Source: Candidatus Poribacteria bacterium (GTDB lineage Bacteria; Poribacteria; WGA-4E; WGA-3G). From it: a stretch of 64,000 nucleotides of DNA. Below the pieces are notes generated by a model that was not told the origin of the DNA, did no database searches, and saw only the letters and a program-made list of their open reading frames with translations. This document shows, one piece after another, positions 1 through 11,006 of this stretch (position 1 is the stretch's first letter; each line of letters begins with the position of its first letter). The stretch is from contig CBDBFU010000032.1 in the NCBI GenBank assembly GCA_965205025.1, forward strand, positions 160,001-224,000. Reading direction: 5' to 3'. Made by a program: the position numbers and the translations under genes.

Positions 1-1444
1 CATCAATTTGTTCCATCAAGTTACGGATTTCAACAATTTTCTCTTTTTCATTCTTCCAATTTGCCTTGAGGACATCTGAATTTTCCTTTAATTCCGCAAG
101 TTCAGCAATTAGTTTCTCTAATCGTTGTTTAGATGCATCATCCTCTTCCTTTTCAAGAGCCTGTTGTTCAATCTGCAATTGAATAATTCTACGTTCAACT
201 TCATCAATCTGTTCTGGAACACTATCAATTTCAATCCGTAATCTGGATGAGGCTTCATCTACTAAATCTACTGCTTTATCAGGGAGAAAACGGTCTGCAA
301 TATATCTTTGAGATAAGGTTGCAGCTGCAACGATAGCATTGTCTTGTATTTGTACACCGTGATGTGTTTCATACTTCTCTTTTAACCCCCTAAGGATAGC
401 AATGGTATCTTCTACAGATGGTTCTTGAACCATGACAGGTTGGAATCTACGTTCAAGTGCTGCATCTTTTTCTATATGCTTACGGTATTCGTCAAGCGTG
501 GTAGCACCAATACAACGTAATTCTCCCCGTGCCAAAGCAGGTTTTAGCATATTTGATGCGTCAACTGCTCCTTCAGCGGCACCAGCTCCTACAATTGTAT
601 GAAGTTCGTCAATAAATAGAATTACCTCGCCTTCTGCTTGTTCGATATCAGAAAGTACAGCTTTTAAACGATCTTCAAATTCTCCACGATATTTACTACC
701 AGCAATTAATGCCCCTAAATCTAACGCGATAAGTTTCTTCTCTCGAAGACTTTCAGGCACATCACCATCTGTTATCCGTTGTGCTAATCCTTCTACAATA
801 GCAGTTTTTCCTACACCAGGTTCGCCAATGAGGACAGGATTATTCTTTCGTCTCCGTGAAAGAACTTGCATGACACGTCGAATTTCATCATCACGTCCTA
901 TAACAGGATCGAGTTTTCCTGTCATAGCTTCATGTGTAAGTTCTCTACCAAAACGTTCAAGTGCTTGATACTTATCTTCAGGATTTTGATCTGTAATGCG
1001 TTGGTTTCCGCGGATATCAACAAGTGCTTTTAGAATCTTATCTTTTGTCGCACCGGCATTACGGAGAATTTCTCCAACTTTACCTTTTTTATCTTCAGTA
1101 CAAGCAATGAGAAGGTGTTCTGTACTGATATATTCATCTTTTAGTGTTGTTGCTTCTTTCTGAGCTGACTCAAGAACACCTTGCAGTGACTGTGAAACTC
1201 GTAAATCAGAATCTACCCCTTGGACTTTAGGAGAATTCTGAATTATATCTTTAAGTTTAGTTATAATTTCCTCTGTATCTACACCTATTTTTTGACATAT
1301 TGGTACAACAATTCCATCTGCTTGTTCCATTAGGGACAATACTAAGTGTTCAATACTTAGTTCAGGATTTTTAGCTTCGCTTGCAATGTTTTGTGCATTA
1401 TGTAATGCTTCTTGTGCTTTTAATGTAAATCTATCTAATCTCAT
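1..1444 (-). CDS. clpB: ATP-dependent chaperone ClpB (5' part; runs off the window start)
   Basis: Manual translation from ATG 1444 (RBS GAGGTGA 1451-1457): [14 protein letters not shown]..., [70 protein letters not shown], then the coiled-coil M domain. Confidence 0.95.
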   Translation of the reverse strand, partial: MRLDRFTLKAQEALHNAQNIASEAKNPELSIEHLVLSLMEQADGIVVPICQKIGVDTEEIITKLKDIIQNSPKVQGVDSDLRVSQSLQGVLESAQKEATTLKDEYISTEHLLIACTEDKKGKVGEILRNAGATKDKILKALVDIRGNQRITDQNPEDKYQALERFGRELTHEAMTGKLDPVIGRDDEIRRVMQVLSRRRKNNPVLIGEPGVGKTAIVEGLAQRITDGDVPESLREKKLIALDLGALIAGSKYRGEFEDRLKAVLSDIEQAEGEVILFIDELHTIVGAGAAEGAVDASNMLKPALARGELRCIGATTLDEYRKHIEKDAALERRFQPVMVQEPSVEDTIAILRGLKEKYETHHGVQIQDNAIVAAATLSQRYIADRFLPDKAVDLVDEASSRLRIEIDSVPEQIDEVERRIIQLQIEQQALEKEEDDASKQRLEKLIAELAELKENSDVLKANWKNEKEKIVEIRNLMEQID

Positions 1445-1481
1445 TTCTATTCACCTCACTAAAATTCTATAGTAAATACTG

Positions 1482-1498
1482 AGCAATAACTGTGCCAA
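1482..1498 (-). promoter_or_regulatory. sigma54 (-24/-12) promoter of clpB
   Basis: Minus strand reads TTGGCAC-AGTTA-TTGCT, matching TGGCAC-N5-TTGCW, ~40 nt upstream of the ATG. Confidence 0.75.
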
Positions 1499-1600
1499 TC
1501 TAATGTGTGTTTAATTGTCATTATTTAGGTACATAGATTTACATATTGGCACTCTTTATGTCAATTTGACAAGTTGAATGGGATATAAACATAAAAGCAA

Positions 1601-1631
1601 GAAGCACGATAGGTAATACCTATCGTGCTTC
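1601..1631 (-). terminator. Intrinsic terminator-like hairpin after the LamG gene
   Basis: Perfect 14-bp stem GAAGCACGATAGGT-AAT-ACCTATCGTGCTTC, followed on the minus strand by TTGCTTTT. Confidence 0.7.
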
Positions 1632-1662
1632 TGATTTCAAATTCAATTTCAAATGTAGGAAT

Positions 1663-2490
1663 CTACTGTAACATACGATGTGATTTAAGAGCACCCCATG
1701 TTGTAGTGGATTTTCCTTGTGCTTCAACATTAGTTGACTGTAGTATACTTGCGAATTCAGCAAAATCACTTGAATCAAATGGAGAATTATATACAAGTAC
1801 TTCATCAATCATGCCGCCGAAATAATGTATATTAGTCCCTGCCCCATCGTCATCATGGAAGACGACATTTGCATTAGTATGTGCTATACCGTTATCATCT
1901 CCGTGTGCAAAAATTTGCCCACCGGGTTCACTTGCGATTTTCTCACCATCTAACCACATTTCAAATATGTCATCTTGCACTTCATTAGTTCCGTTTCGTA
2001 ATACCAAGGCAACATGATACCATCTGTTAGATTCGATATCTGCAGAGGGCCATGCACCTGCCCATTGATATTCCGCTCGATTCCATGCACCGACATAAAC
2101 TTTACCACCAATGACATTTAGCACTAAACCACGTGTACGGCCACCCTCTTCAAAGATTGTCTGTTTGTGATCTGTGATACTAACATCAGAACAGTTAAAG
2201 AATGCTGCAATTGTTCTATTAGTAAACGGTCCACCTGTATTTAAGCCATTGGAATCGGGGAGTTTGACTCCATCATCTACACCATCAAATTTAAGTGCTT
2301 TTCCAACAATACCATCAACAACTTCAGGATCACCAACAAATGTTCCGTTTACATCTTTTCCGGAAGTATCTGCTGCATCACCTTCATCAAAAGTCCAAAT
2401 TGCTTGTGCGGTCTCTTCGTCTCTTTGCGCATAGACTGACAAGGATAATAACATAAGTAAAATACTAAAAACTGTGAAGATCTTTATCAT
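1663..2490 (-). CDS. Secreted LamG/concanavalin A-like domain protein
   Basis: Signal peptide; WTFDEG..DTSG, GKALKFDG, WYHVAL, FGGMIDEV; C-terminal VEAQGKSTTTWGALK. Confidence 0.85.
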   Translation of the reverse strand: MIKIFTVFSILLMLLSLSVYAQRDEETAQAIWTFDEGDAADTSGKDVNGTFVGDPEVVDGIVGKALKFDGVDDGVKLPDSNGLNTGGPFTNRTIAAFFNCSDVSITDHKQTIFEEGGRTRGLVLNVIGGKVYVGAWNRAEYQWAGAWPSADIESNRWYHVALVLRNGTNEVQDDIFEMWLDGEKIASEPGGQIFAHGDDNGIAHTNANVVFHDDDGAGTNIHYFGGMIDEVLVYNSPFDSSDFAEFASILQSTNVEAQGKSTTTWGALKSHRMLQ

Positions 2491-2614
2491 TTTATTTTCT
2501 CCTATGATTGATGCAGAGTGTTCCCTGCGTAATAGAAAATAGGTCTAATATGAAAAATTTCAGACATAATTAACACTATTAAGGAATCAGAATTTATTTC
2601 TATTCTGTTATGTT

Positions 2615-3466
2615 TTAGAATCTCTGTCTTTTGATTCTTGACCACATTGTAGTAAATTTGTCTTCAGGTTCAACACTTAAGGCACCAGCGAGATTGGCAA
2701 AATCATTTTTGTTGAATGCTGATCCATATACAATGACTTCATCAATTACCCCATCAAACCAATCTATGTTGCTACCACTCCCAAGATCATCATGATAGAC
2801 TGTGTTTTGATTTACGAAACCAATTCCAGTATCATCCCCATGGGGATGTAGTTGACCCCCATCAGCTTTATCGTGTAGTTTTCCATCTAACCACATTTCA
2901 AATTTGTCTTTTTCTACTTTTCCAGTTGCGTCTCGTATTACTAAACCGACATGGTACCATTGATTTGACTTAATATCTGCAGATAACCATTTTCCCTGCC
3001 AGTTATACTCAGCGCGATTCCAACCCCCGATATAAACTTTCCCATCATGAACATAAAGCACTAAGCCTCGTGTTCGACCCCCTTCTTCAAAAATCACCTG
3101 TTTAGTATTCTTATTAACATCATTACATTTGAAGAGAGCGCCAATAGTTCGATTCGTAAAAATATTTGTAATATTTATTCTGGGAGAATCAGGAATCTTA
3201 ATGCCATCACTTTGACCATTAAATTCCAATGCTTTATTGGATATACCCGTCACTGATTTTGGATTACCAACAAGAACTCCATTTAATGAATGTTTTGAAG
3301 TATCATTTGCTGTTCCATCATCAAAGGTCCATATTCCTGCAACTGTGGCTTCATCTCTTTGTGCATTTGCAGGAACATTAAACATAAACGATAATAGCAG
3401 GAAACTGATACAAGAAAGAATGATTGTCTTACTGGAAAAGTTTAATGAAATATTCTTTAGGATCAT
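2615..3466 (-). CDS. Secreted LamG-like domain protein (tandem paralog)
   Basis: Shares IFEEGGRTRGLVL and WNRAEY with 1663..2490; C-terminal VEPEDKFTTMWSRIK. Confidence 0.85.
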   Translation of the reverse strand: MILKNISLNFSSKTIILSCISFLLLSFMFNVPANAQRDEATVAGIWTFDDGTANDTSKHSLNGVLVGNPKSVTGISNKALEFNGQSDGIKIPDSPRINITNIFTNRTIGALFKCNDVNKNTKQVIFEEGGRTRGLVLYVHDGKVYIGGWNRAEYNWQGKWLSADIKSNQWYHVGLVIRDATGKVEKDKFEMWLDGKLHDKADGGQLHPHGDDTGIGFVNQNTVYHDDLGSGSNIDWFDGVIDEVIVYGSAFNKNDFANLAGALSVEPEDKFTTMWSRIKRQRF

Positions 3467-3658
3467 ATAAATTCCTCCATAAATATACTGATCTTTTTTG
3501 CTAATATAACAATACCTTGCTATATTATATTTTACAAAGTTTGCATTTTATGTCAATTCTTTTATGTTCAATAGATTATTAAACTATTAATAGTCGTATA
3601 TGATAGAATTAAGTCCATAGTAATTCTATGTGTGTAGAAAATGATAGAATATAGATTC

Positions 3659-4585
3659 CTATTCAATATCGTTGCTATCAGATAACGAATGAACTAAATC
3701 CCGTGCTTGAATAACAGTTTCTTCATCTCCATACCTAATTTCTAATAACTTAATAATATCAGATGGTATGTCAGGGAATACTTCATCCCACGCCAAGTCT
3801 CCTGAACCAGGAGGGTGATACATATCAAGATCTTGTAAATCATGGAGTGATACTCCTATAAGATATTCACTATATGATTTCACCCATTCATAGGACCAAG
3901 TTAGTCCTAATTTTTCTTGATATGCAGCATGTCCATGATTATGCCAATAACGCATTGGACTTCCATAGAATTCTTCAAAGAATAGACCTACTTCATCAAA
4001 ATTGGGTATCTGGTAGTAGTGGGCAGGATTCTCAATTGCAATGTGTAGGTCCATTTTTAGTGCATTTTCATTAAGCTCATCAAGGCTTCGAAGTACAGCA
4101 TCTCTATGTTTTACCTCTTTTCGTTTTCTCCACTCTGTAGCTTCAGTTACTTTTTCATTAAATGCTTCAAATTCCCTTTCACCATATTCGTATAGGTCGG
4201 TCATAAGGTACGATCTATCGTATGTGTCTACCTCCCCAAGTCTAAGCACAACAGTAGGAACTTCTAAATCTATTGCATGTTGCATCGTCTGAAGCGTTCT
4301 TCGGATAGCTTCATTCCGTTCATCATTATTTAAACTTGATAATGATATCTTGTCGTTATCTGATTCAGTTGGTATAATTCCAGGGAGAATTGGACAAAAA
4401 TTATGGATAGAACAAGGAGGGATTTGTCCAATTTCTTTAAGCATCGGTTTGAGCTGTTCAATCTGATCCTGAGTGAGATGTCGACTAAGTGCGATGATTT
4501 CAAAACCGAGATCTTTCAACTCATCAAACATTGCAGCCCCATCCGGTTGCTTAAAAGCGTTCCACATTGTTGAGATTGCTACCAT
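3659..4585 (-). CDS. Sugar phosphate isomerase/epimerase family TIM barrel
   Basis: SIHNFCP, LSSLNNDERNEAI, IAIEN, HLHD-like SLHD..D..HPPGSG motifs. Confidence 0.75.
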   Translation of the reverse strand: MVAISTMWNAFKQPDGAAMFDELKDLGFEIIALSRHLTQDQIEQLKPMLKEIGQIPPCSIHNFCPILPGIIPTESDNDKISLSSLNNDERNEAIRRTLQTMQHAIDLEVPTVVLRLGEVDTYDRSYLMTDLYEYGEREFEAFNEKVTEATEWRKRKEVKHRDAVLRSLDELNENALKMDLHIAIENPAHYYQIPNFDEVGLFFEEFYGSPMRYWHNHGHAAYQEKLGLTWSYEWVKSYSEYLIGVSLHDLQDLDMYHPPGSGDLAWDEVFPDIPSDIIKLLEIRYGDEETVIQARDLVHSLSDSNDIE

Positions 4586-4652
4586 AGTCTTTCCAGTTTT
4601 GTGTGAAATGATCTGAATATAGTGGATACACCTTCAATACATAATGGGTAGT

Positions 4653-5267
4653 TTAAAGTATAGCGTTAGGTAAGCTTACTATTCGTCCTTCAACTTGGAT
4701 TTTACCTTGTGCGAATAGTTTGATAACTTTTGGGTATAGATCATGTTCTTCTACCTGAATACGCTCATGAAGACTTTCTTCAGTGTCTGTATCATAGACA
4801 GGAACTACCCTCTGAGCAATGATTGGACCGGTATCTACATTTTCATCAACGAAATGCACAGTTACACCCGTAACCTTAACTCCGTAAGCTAATGAATCTG
4901 CTACAGGTGTAGCCCCAGGAAATGCTGGTAATATACTGGGATGGATATTTATAATGCGATTGCGGAATTTACTGACAAATGGTGATTGGAATAGTTTCAT
5001 ATAACCGGCAAGAACAATCAATTCAACAGAATATTCGTCAATTATATGTGAGATTGCCTCATCAAAAAGTATGCGATTTTCATAGTCTTGTGCATTTACT
5101 ACGTGGGTTGGGATTCCAGCTGTTTTTGCGCGAGTCAATGCATAAGCGTTTTTTCTATCACTAATCACAACAACGATTTCTATGTCTGATGTTGAGTCAG
5201 TGTGTAGTTTATCAATTAAGGTTTGTAGATTCGTACCGCTTCCTGAAACAAGTACTGCAATTTTCAC
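4653..5267 (-). CDS. purN: Phosphoribosylglycinamide formyltransferase
   Basis: IAVLVSGSGTNLQ, LAGYMK, INIHPSILPAFPG, TGVTVHFVDENVDTGPII. Confidence 0.95.
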   Translation of the reverse strand: MKIAVLVSGSGTNLQTLIDKLHTDSTSDIEIVVVISDRKNAYALTRAKTAGIPTHVVNAQDYENRILFDEAISHIIDEYSVELIVLAGYMKLFQSPFVSKFRNRIINIHPSILPAFPGATPVADSLAYGVKVTGVTVHFVDENVDTGPIIAQRVVPVYDTDTEESLHERIQVEEHDLYPKVIKLFAQGKIQVEGRIVSLPNAIL

Positions 5268-5333
5268 TATTAATCTCTTTCTAACAAAGTTATACCATTC
5301 TATAAATTTTATCGTATCTCCAGTGAGATGTAA

Positions 5334-7139
5334 TTACCAGAAGTTGTTATTCGTAGAATGTCCATTAGGCATTGGAACCCATATACCACCAGTTTCTATT
5401 GTCACTTCCTGCTGAAAATCGTCATAAACTCCAATAACACTTACAACCACATGCATTTCCTCAAGGTATTGTATCGTTGCAGCTGCCGATGTATTCTTTG
5501 CAATTGGTTCATCAGTAATGAGTATGATATGTGTCGTGGCATCCGGACGCAACTTAATTCGTTGCAATCCTTCCGATACAGCCTCTAACAGATTCTCATC
5601 TTGTTGACATGGTAGTTCTATGATCTTATTAATTTGCTCAAATGATTGTGGAGGATTGTAGACATTCACAATGTTTAAAGAACCCCGAGCACGAAACCGC
5701 ACCACACCAATTTGATAGTCAATTAACGAGTTATCCCAATCCCGGATCCATTGACCCAATTGCTGTGTCAACTGTGCTATTTTGTTCTCCATGCTACCAC
5801 TACCATCAATAAAAAGTACAATATCTATTGGTGTATTTCCTGCCTGATTTAGTAAAGATTTTCCAATTCTCTGTACCTGAGTCCACTTTGCTCTCCCTAA
5901 ATATTGAGCAATTGTCTTTGGTGTTTGTGGTCTAAATGATCGTTGCCCTCTTTGTATTGTTCTGGGATTAACAGGTATTGCATGCCACTTACCGTTTGTT
6001 TGTGATGCGAGTTGTTTGTGTTCCTCGTCCTGAATACCCAATACATTTACATATATTCCATATTCTCTACAGAGTGTGATTGAATCCTCAGTTTTAATCC
6101 CATCTAAACTGGTGAAGGGTTCATCTGTAACGATGATTAGATGTTTTTTGGATGTAGCACGGAAGCGAAGTTCACTAACAGTTTGTTCTATAGCATCCAA
6201 GGCATTTTCATCACCACGTGGGACAATAGCATATAAATCTTGTTTATATTGGTTCAGATTCTTAGTCAGTTGTAGTACTTTAATTCTATTGAGCTTTTTT
6301 GGTGAAGAAAATTCTGTTAATCCAAGTTGATAATCAATGTTGGATGATTTATATACATCAATCATTTCTGTTAGATGTTCTGCGACTGCCTTGATATTGT
6401 CTCCCATACTACCACTTGCATCTACAACAAAGACAACATCAATTGGTCCACCATCACTTGTTTCAGCAATCTCGGTTGCGAGATTCTTCATCACAGAACT
6501 GAATGGTATATAAGGTAATGCAGGTTTATTTCCAGGTTGTAAGTAAGATTTATTTCCAGATTCATCTCCAAAACCTGTTTCCACAACATCATCGTCACTT
6601 ACGCCTGGTCCAGTAACATCAAGCGTTGATCGTGGAGATTTTCGTGGTACACCTACATCACCTGTTCGTTTTGTTCCTAATGTATCACCAAAGGTTGGTT
6701 GTGCAGCTTCTGTTTTAGACAATCCATTTTCAACTTCACGAAGTTCTCTGACTGCGGTACTAACATCAATAGTTTCATCAGGAGTAGTATTTGTATGATC
6801 CAGTCTTGGTTTAACTGTCACAATCGGAGCATCCTCAATTGTCTTAGGTTGAAAACTCATTTCAGGTACGATTGCTTGTATTTTAGCAATTGAATTCTCT
6901 GCAGGTTCATAGACTGTAGGTTTCCGTTGTTGAATAGGGTGTTTCTTAGGTAGTTTGGTAGGAGATGGTTTTGGTATTGTTGTTATGTCAGCATCCATCT
7001 TATCTTGGAATAGAGGAATCGGTTGATTCATAACAGCAAAATAGAACATCGTAATAGCAAAGGTTAAATGAAGCACCATTGAAAAAACCAAAGCTTTTCG
7101 AGTGATTGATCTTCTGATATGTTTGGAAATTTTTATCAT
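5334..7139 (-). CDS. Membrane-anchored protein with two von Willebrand A domains
   Basis: N-terminal TM helix (SMVLHLTF), Pro/Thr-rich linker, two MIDAS motifs (DVVFVVDASGSM, DIVLFIDGSGSM) each with a later TDE. Confidence 0.85.
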   Translation of the reverse strand: MIKISKHIRRSITRKALVFSMVLHLTFAITMFYFAVMNQPIPLFQDKMDADITTIPKPSPTKLPKKHPIQQRKPTVYEPAENSIAKIQAIVPEMSFQPKTIEDAPIVTVKPRLDHTNTTPDETIDVSTAVRELREVENGLSKTEAAQPTFGDTLGTKRTGDVGVPRKSPRSTLDVTGPGVSDDDVVETGFGDESGNKSYLQPGNKPALPYIPFSSVMKNLATEIAETSDGGPIDVVFVVDASGSMGDNIKAVAEHLTEMIDVYKSSNIDYQLGLTEFSSPKKLNRIKVLQLTKNLNQYKQDLYAIVPRGDENALDAIEQTVSELRFRATSKKHLIIVTDEPFTSLDGIKTEDSITLCREYGIYVNVLGIQDEEHKQLASQTNGKWHAIPVNPRTIQRGQRSFRPQTPKTIAQYLGRAKWTQVQRIGKSLLNQAGNTPIDIVLFIDGSGSMENKIAQLTQQLGQWIRDWDNSLIDYQIGVVRFRARGSLNIVNVYNPPQSFEQINKIIELPCQQDENLLEAVSEGLQRIKLRPDATTHIILITDEPIAKNTSAAATIQYLEEMHVVVSVIGVYDDFQQEVTIETGGIWVPMPNGHSTNNNFW

Positions 7140-7152
7140 TGTCTTATCCTGA

Positions 7153-7686
7153 TTAACGTGTTTTAAGTGTACGTTTTGGTTCTTTTTGTGTAATTACCTC
7201 AAAAGAAATGAGTCTTTCCTGCGGGTTATCTATTGATTGTGAATTGAAATTGGTGAATAGATTTAATTTCTCTATCCGAGGTGAGTAGAGTGTCGCACCA
7301 ATCATTATAAATAGACCAAATATAAAACTGAACATAAACACTGGATTGGATACACTAATGTTACTTCGAAACCAGAACTGTATACTATTGATTATACTAA
7401 CAATACGGTTGGACGCTACTGGTTTCACTTTAGAACGAATATAAAATGTATTAGCTTTTGACATTACAGCATCAATAAAGTTGTCAGAAGCTTTGATGGG
7501 TTCAATGAATCGTAATGTACTATCTGTATGTTGCATTATCTTAACTTGAGATGAACAATCAAGACATTGCTTCAAATGCATTTGGATTCTAAGTCGTTTC
7601 CAGTGTGCTAATTCTTTATCTAAGTAGGCAGATAGATTTGTCTGAATAGATTTACATTCATTTGTATTAGATTTTAGCATTGACAT
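7153..7686 (-). CDS. Zinc-finger (zf-HC2/ZAS) anti-sigma factor
   Basis: LSAYLDKEL...HLKQCLDC (HxxxCxxC) plus one TM helix; overlaps the ECF sigma gene. Confidence 0.85.
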   Translation of the reverse strand: MSMLKSNTNECKSIQTNLSAYLDKELAHWKRLRIQMHLKQCLDCSSQVKIMQHTDSTLRFIEPIKASDNFIDAVMSKANTFYIRSKVKPVASNRIVSIINSIQFWFRSNISVSNPVFMFSFIFGLFIMIGATLYSPRIEKLNLFTNFNSQSIDNPQERLISFEVITQKEPKRTLKTR

Positions 7687-8278
7687 TTCCCCCTATTCCT
7701 ACTTTTTTTAATTGTTTTTTCATGTTTTGGCGTGCACGATGAATTAACGACTTAATGGCACCAACTGAGCATTCAAGAATTTCCGCGATTTCATCGTAGG
7801 AAAGTTCTTGATAGGTAACAAGTGTTAATGCAAGTCTTTGATTTTCAGGTAACTCATTGAGCGCTTTTTTAATCAGTTGTTGACGTTCTTTCTGTTCAAG
7901 AAGAATGTCTGGTTGATGGCGTGTATCTGTCATAATAGTAGAATGATAAATATCCTCACCTTCATCAACCATATCATCTAATAAGTAAGTATTCCTACGG
8001 ATTCGATTACGAATTTCGTTGCGAGATAAGTTTGTCGCGATGGTATATAACCAATTTTTAAATGCTGCTTTTGGTTTATATCGTGGTGCACTTTTCAATA
8101 CACGTAAAAATGTCTCTTGCGCAAGATCTTCAGCACGATGATAGTCGTTGATTGTTAAGTGTATATAGTTAACGATAGCATCTTGATATCTTCTTACCAG
8201 AAGTTCAAATGCACTCATATCACCTTTGCCACATTCCAACATCAAATCTTCGTCAGATACATACATTGCAATCTCCAA
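7667..8278 (-). CDS. ECF RNA polymerase sigma factor
   Basis: AFELLVRRYQ, AEDLAQETF, FKNWLYTIATN, LSYDEIAEILECSVGAIKSLIHRAR. Confidence 0.93.
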   Translation of the reverse strand: MEIAMYVSDEDLMLECGKGDMSAFELLVRRYQDAIVNYIHLTINDYHRAEDLAQETFLRVLKSAPRYKPKAAFKNWLYTIATNLSRNEIRNRIRRNTYLLDDMVDEGEDIYHSTIMTDTRHQPDILLEQKERQQLIKKALNELPENQRLALTLVTYQELSYDEIAEILECSVGAIKSLIHRARQNMKKQLKKVGIGGNVNAKI

Positions 8279-8310
8279 CTTTCAAATTTACAGTCTAAAC
8301 AACGATTGTA

Positions 8311-8940
8311 TTATTCTTCTTCAGAAACTTCTGATTTAACTGGTCTATACGGTTTTGTAGCATTTATTTTATTCAGCATAGCAGTTTTAAAGGCAGTTAT
8401 TGCTTCTCTACGTTTACCTTGAAGGGTATAAAGTGCCCCCAGTTCAGAAAACAACTCAGGATTATCAGGTCTGATTTTTGTCGCCTGTTCATATACAGAA
8501 ATAGCATCATCATAACGTTTTAATAATCGATAAATATCCGCAAGATTTGTATAAGATTCAATTTCATTAGGTTCACAAGTTATTGCCTTCTTGTAGGCAT
8601 CTATTGCTTTATCATAGTCATTTAACATGAAATAAGCCAAACCAAGATGGAAATGTGCCTCTGCTGAATCATTATTGTATTGTATTACTTGAAGAAATTC
8701 TTGGATTGCTTTTTCATATTCTCGGGATTTTAATGCTTCAGCTCCTTGTTTCAAATGTTTTGATATTGTTTGATGTAGGTGTATGTCTAACCGACCACGT
8801 TGTATAAATCTCTTCTGGAGTATTTCATTCGTTATTTTGGCACTATCTTGTGTTAAGGAAGATGTCATGGTCTCACCATCATTTGATTTCTTCTGTTCAT
8901 TTGATGGCATATTATCATCGTTCTTCTTATCATTATCCAT
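8311..8940 (-). CDS. Tetratricopeptide repeat protein
   Basis: About four TPRs, e.g. AEAHFHLGLAYFMLNDYDKAIDAYKKAI. Confidence 0.85.
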   Translation of the reverse strand: MDNDKKNDDNMPSNEQKKSNDGETMTSSLTQDSAKITNEILQKRFIQRGRLDIHLHQTISKHLKQGAEALKSREYEKAIQEFLQVIQYNNDSAEAHFHLGLAYFMLNDYDKAIDAYKKAITCEPNEIESYTNLADIYRLLKRYDDAISVYEQATKIRPDNPELFSELGALYTLQGKRREAITAFKTAMLNKINATKPYRPVKSEVSEEE

Positions 8941-9038
8941 ATTTAAACTCTAATGTTGAGGAGAATCCTACTGTTATAACACCCCAAATTTTGGAAAGTA
9001 ACGCATTTTTCTTTAGTCAAGATAATTACTTCCATATT

Positions 9039-9938
9039 TTATACTGCAATTCGAAATCCGAGTACAAATTCAGAATAATCCTTGCTGAAGAAATCGAAAC
9101 TGGTACATGTACTATAGTCGTGGTTGTAATACCAAGATCCTCCACAAGCAACTCCGAATTGACCTTCATCGTCATAGTCTGTTGCTGTCCATTCCCATAC
9201 ATTACCAATCATATCATAACAACCAAAAGGACTGATTCCATCATAAAATGAAACGACAGGTGTGGTATTTTCTGCTCCGAGTTCAGCGGTATTACAACGC
9301 GGCTTATCAATCTCATTACCCCAAGGAAAAAGTCTATCGTCATATCCACGTGCACAATATTGCCATTCTTGGAAAGTAGGTAATCTACCATTGATATGAT
9401 TGGCATATACTTCAGCATCTCCACTACTAATCCAAATTACTGGGTGGTCCCCTTTTAGCTCATAACATGTGTAATCCAAATCGGGATTGTCATCATGTGT
9501 GTCACTCAACCAATGTTTAGGTGGATTGTATAGGGTTTCTTGTATAAACTGAAAGTATTGTGCGTTAGTTACAGGGTAGACACCTATCTCAAATTCATTC
9601 ACCTCAACAGGTATGCCTTCTTCTCCTATAAGAGCTGTACCTTTAGGAATAGGAAGTCTTGCGTTAAGGATTTGTAAAGCTGCAATACGGACTTCTTCTT
9701 CTGGATGAGCAAGTGCGTATCCAATAGGAGAAACCACTTCACCTACTGGAGGGGTCGTAAGTTGAGGTACATTTTCCCATTCCAAGTCTGTCTTTAATAA
9801 CAGATTGACAGCATCAAAGAATGAATCCTCATAATACCAAGTCCAATAATTGTTTAGTAATTTTTTAAATGCCTCAGGACTACCATCTTCCAATAATGAA
9901 ATTCTTGATGCTTTCGGTTTTGAAGGGTTTAGTAGCAT
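9039..9938 (-). CDS. Formylglycine-generating enzyme (SUMF1/FGE) domain protein
   Basis: YPVTNAQYFQF, HPVIWIS, RLPTFQEWQYCARG, FPWGN, GCYDMIGNVWEW, GFR; HEAT-like segment upstream. Confidence 0.85.
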   Translation of the reverse strand: MLLNPSKPKASRISLLEDGSPEAFKKLLNNYWTWYYEDSFFDAVNLLLKTDLEWENVPQLTTPPVGEVVSPIGYALAHPEEEVRIAALQILNARLPIPKGTALIGEEGIPVEVNEFEIGVYPVTNAQYFQFIQETLYNPPKHWLSDTHDDNPDLDYTCYELKGDHPVIWISSGDAEVYANHINGRLPTFQEWQYCARGYDDRLFPWGNEIDKPRCNTAELGAENTTPVVSFYDGISPFGCYDMIGNVWEWTATDYDDEGQFGVACGGSWYYNHDYSTCTSFDFFSKDYSEFVLGFRIAV

Positions 9939-10001
9939 ACATTTTCTAATGATAGGTTACAATTTATTTCGTAAGGTATCGTGCTACGATTTGTAGCCAC
10001 T

Positions 10002-10030
10002 ATTATAGCATGATGTATGATGCCATTCAA
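10002..10030 (-). promoter_or_regulatory. sigma70 promoter for the FGE-domain gene (possibly also the TPR/ECF genes)
   Basis: Minus strand TTGAAT-N17-TATAAT with TG extension. Confidence 0.6.
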
Positions 10031-10884
10031 GTAAGATCAAATTGAAGTGTGTGTAAAGTTTTTGGCATGAATATTACGGAATCATAGGGTTCTTTTTTTC
10101 ATGTATTATATTGAACCGAGGGTAATTTTACTGTAATTTTGCTGTTTTTTATGTTCACAATAGTAATATTTTAGTTATTTATATGTTGAATAAAGTTACA
10201 CTTTTTGTCACATGGTGTGACATTGATAAAACCCCTCTCCCGTCAGTACTACACTGGGTTTAGATCCATTTTTTTAAGGTCACAAGAATTTGTAAAAATT
10301 ATAAAGTGGTGATGAATTTTGTATCTTTTACTTTTCTCTTTGATCCATTGATTTAGGATTGTTTTAATGTGAAGTTTTTTATCCCTCCATTTTGACAAGA
10401 TATTGGAACATATCTCATAAATCATAGATTTGGAGGATTCTTTGTACGTACCATTTGCTATATTTTGAACCAACGTACAGGGAAACCCCAATTCTATGAA
10501 GAGAATTATATCTGTATGGACGATTCGTAGTAATGAGATACAGTGTAGTTTTCTGGTGTGCATGATAGTCTGTTTTGTTTGAAGTCGGTCTAATTTTTAG
10601 TTTTTCAAGTTTTTTTAGTTGCTTTTTAAGAAATGATTTTTTAATTGGCTGTAAACCCTGTTGGGGGTTGGGATAACAAAGGATTTGATTAATAGGTGTA
10701 AAATTTTTAAATTAGAAAAACTAAAAAAATATTCGGTTGAATTCGCATTGATTTTCCTCTGTATCTGCTTATGAGGTGATAATTCTGAATGTTTTAGTTG
10801 TAATTCTAACATGGATTTTCCTATTTCCCAGATAGTGGATTTGGTTGAATTTGGCATAAAGTTTAGAAGCCTAAATAATTAGAA

Positions 10885-11006
10885 CAGGACTTACGCAACT
10901 TAATCAGAATAAGGTAAAATTTGACTTAAAAAGCCGTCATTTCAGTGCTTTAACCCCCTAAATCCCCCTTATCAGGGGGACTTTAAGATGAAATGCGTAA
11001 GTCCTG
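10885..11006. mobile_element. 122-bp MITE (family A)
   Basis: 13-bp TIR CAGGACTTACGCA/TGCGTAAGTCCTG, 5-bp target duplication TAGAA (10880-10884, 11007-11011), internal hairpin TCCCCCT-TATC-AGGGGGA. Confidence 0.85.

Noticed and set aside
1546-1572. CIRCE (HrcA) element upstream of clpB
   Set aside because: Left arm TTGGCACTC matches 8/9 but the right arm only 4/9.
10249-10857. Two short minus-strand ORFs (104 and 80 aa)
   Set aside because: No recognisable motifs or clear RBS in very AT-rich DNA; cannot be supported as genes.
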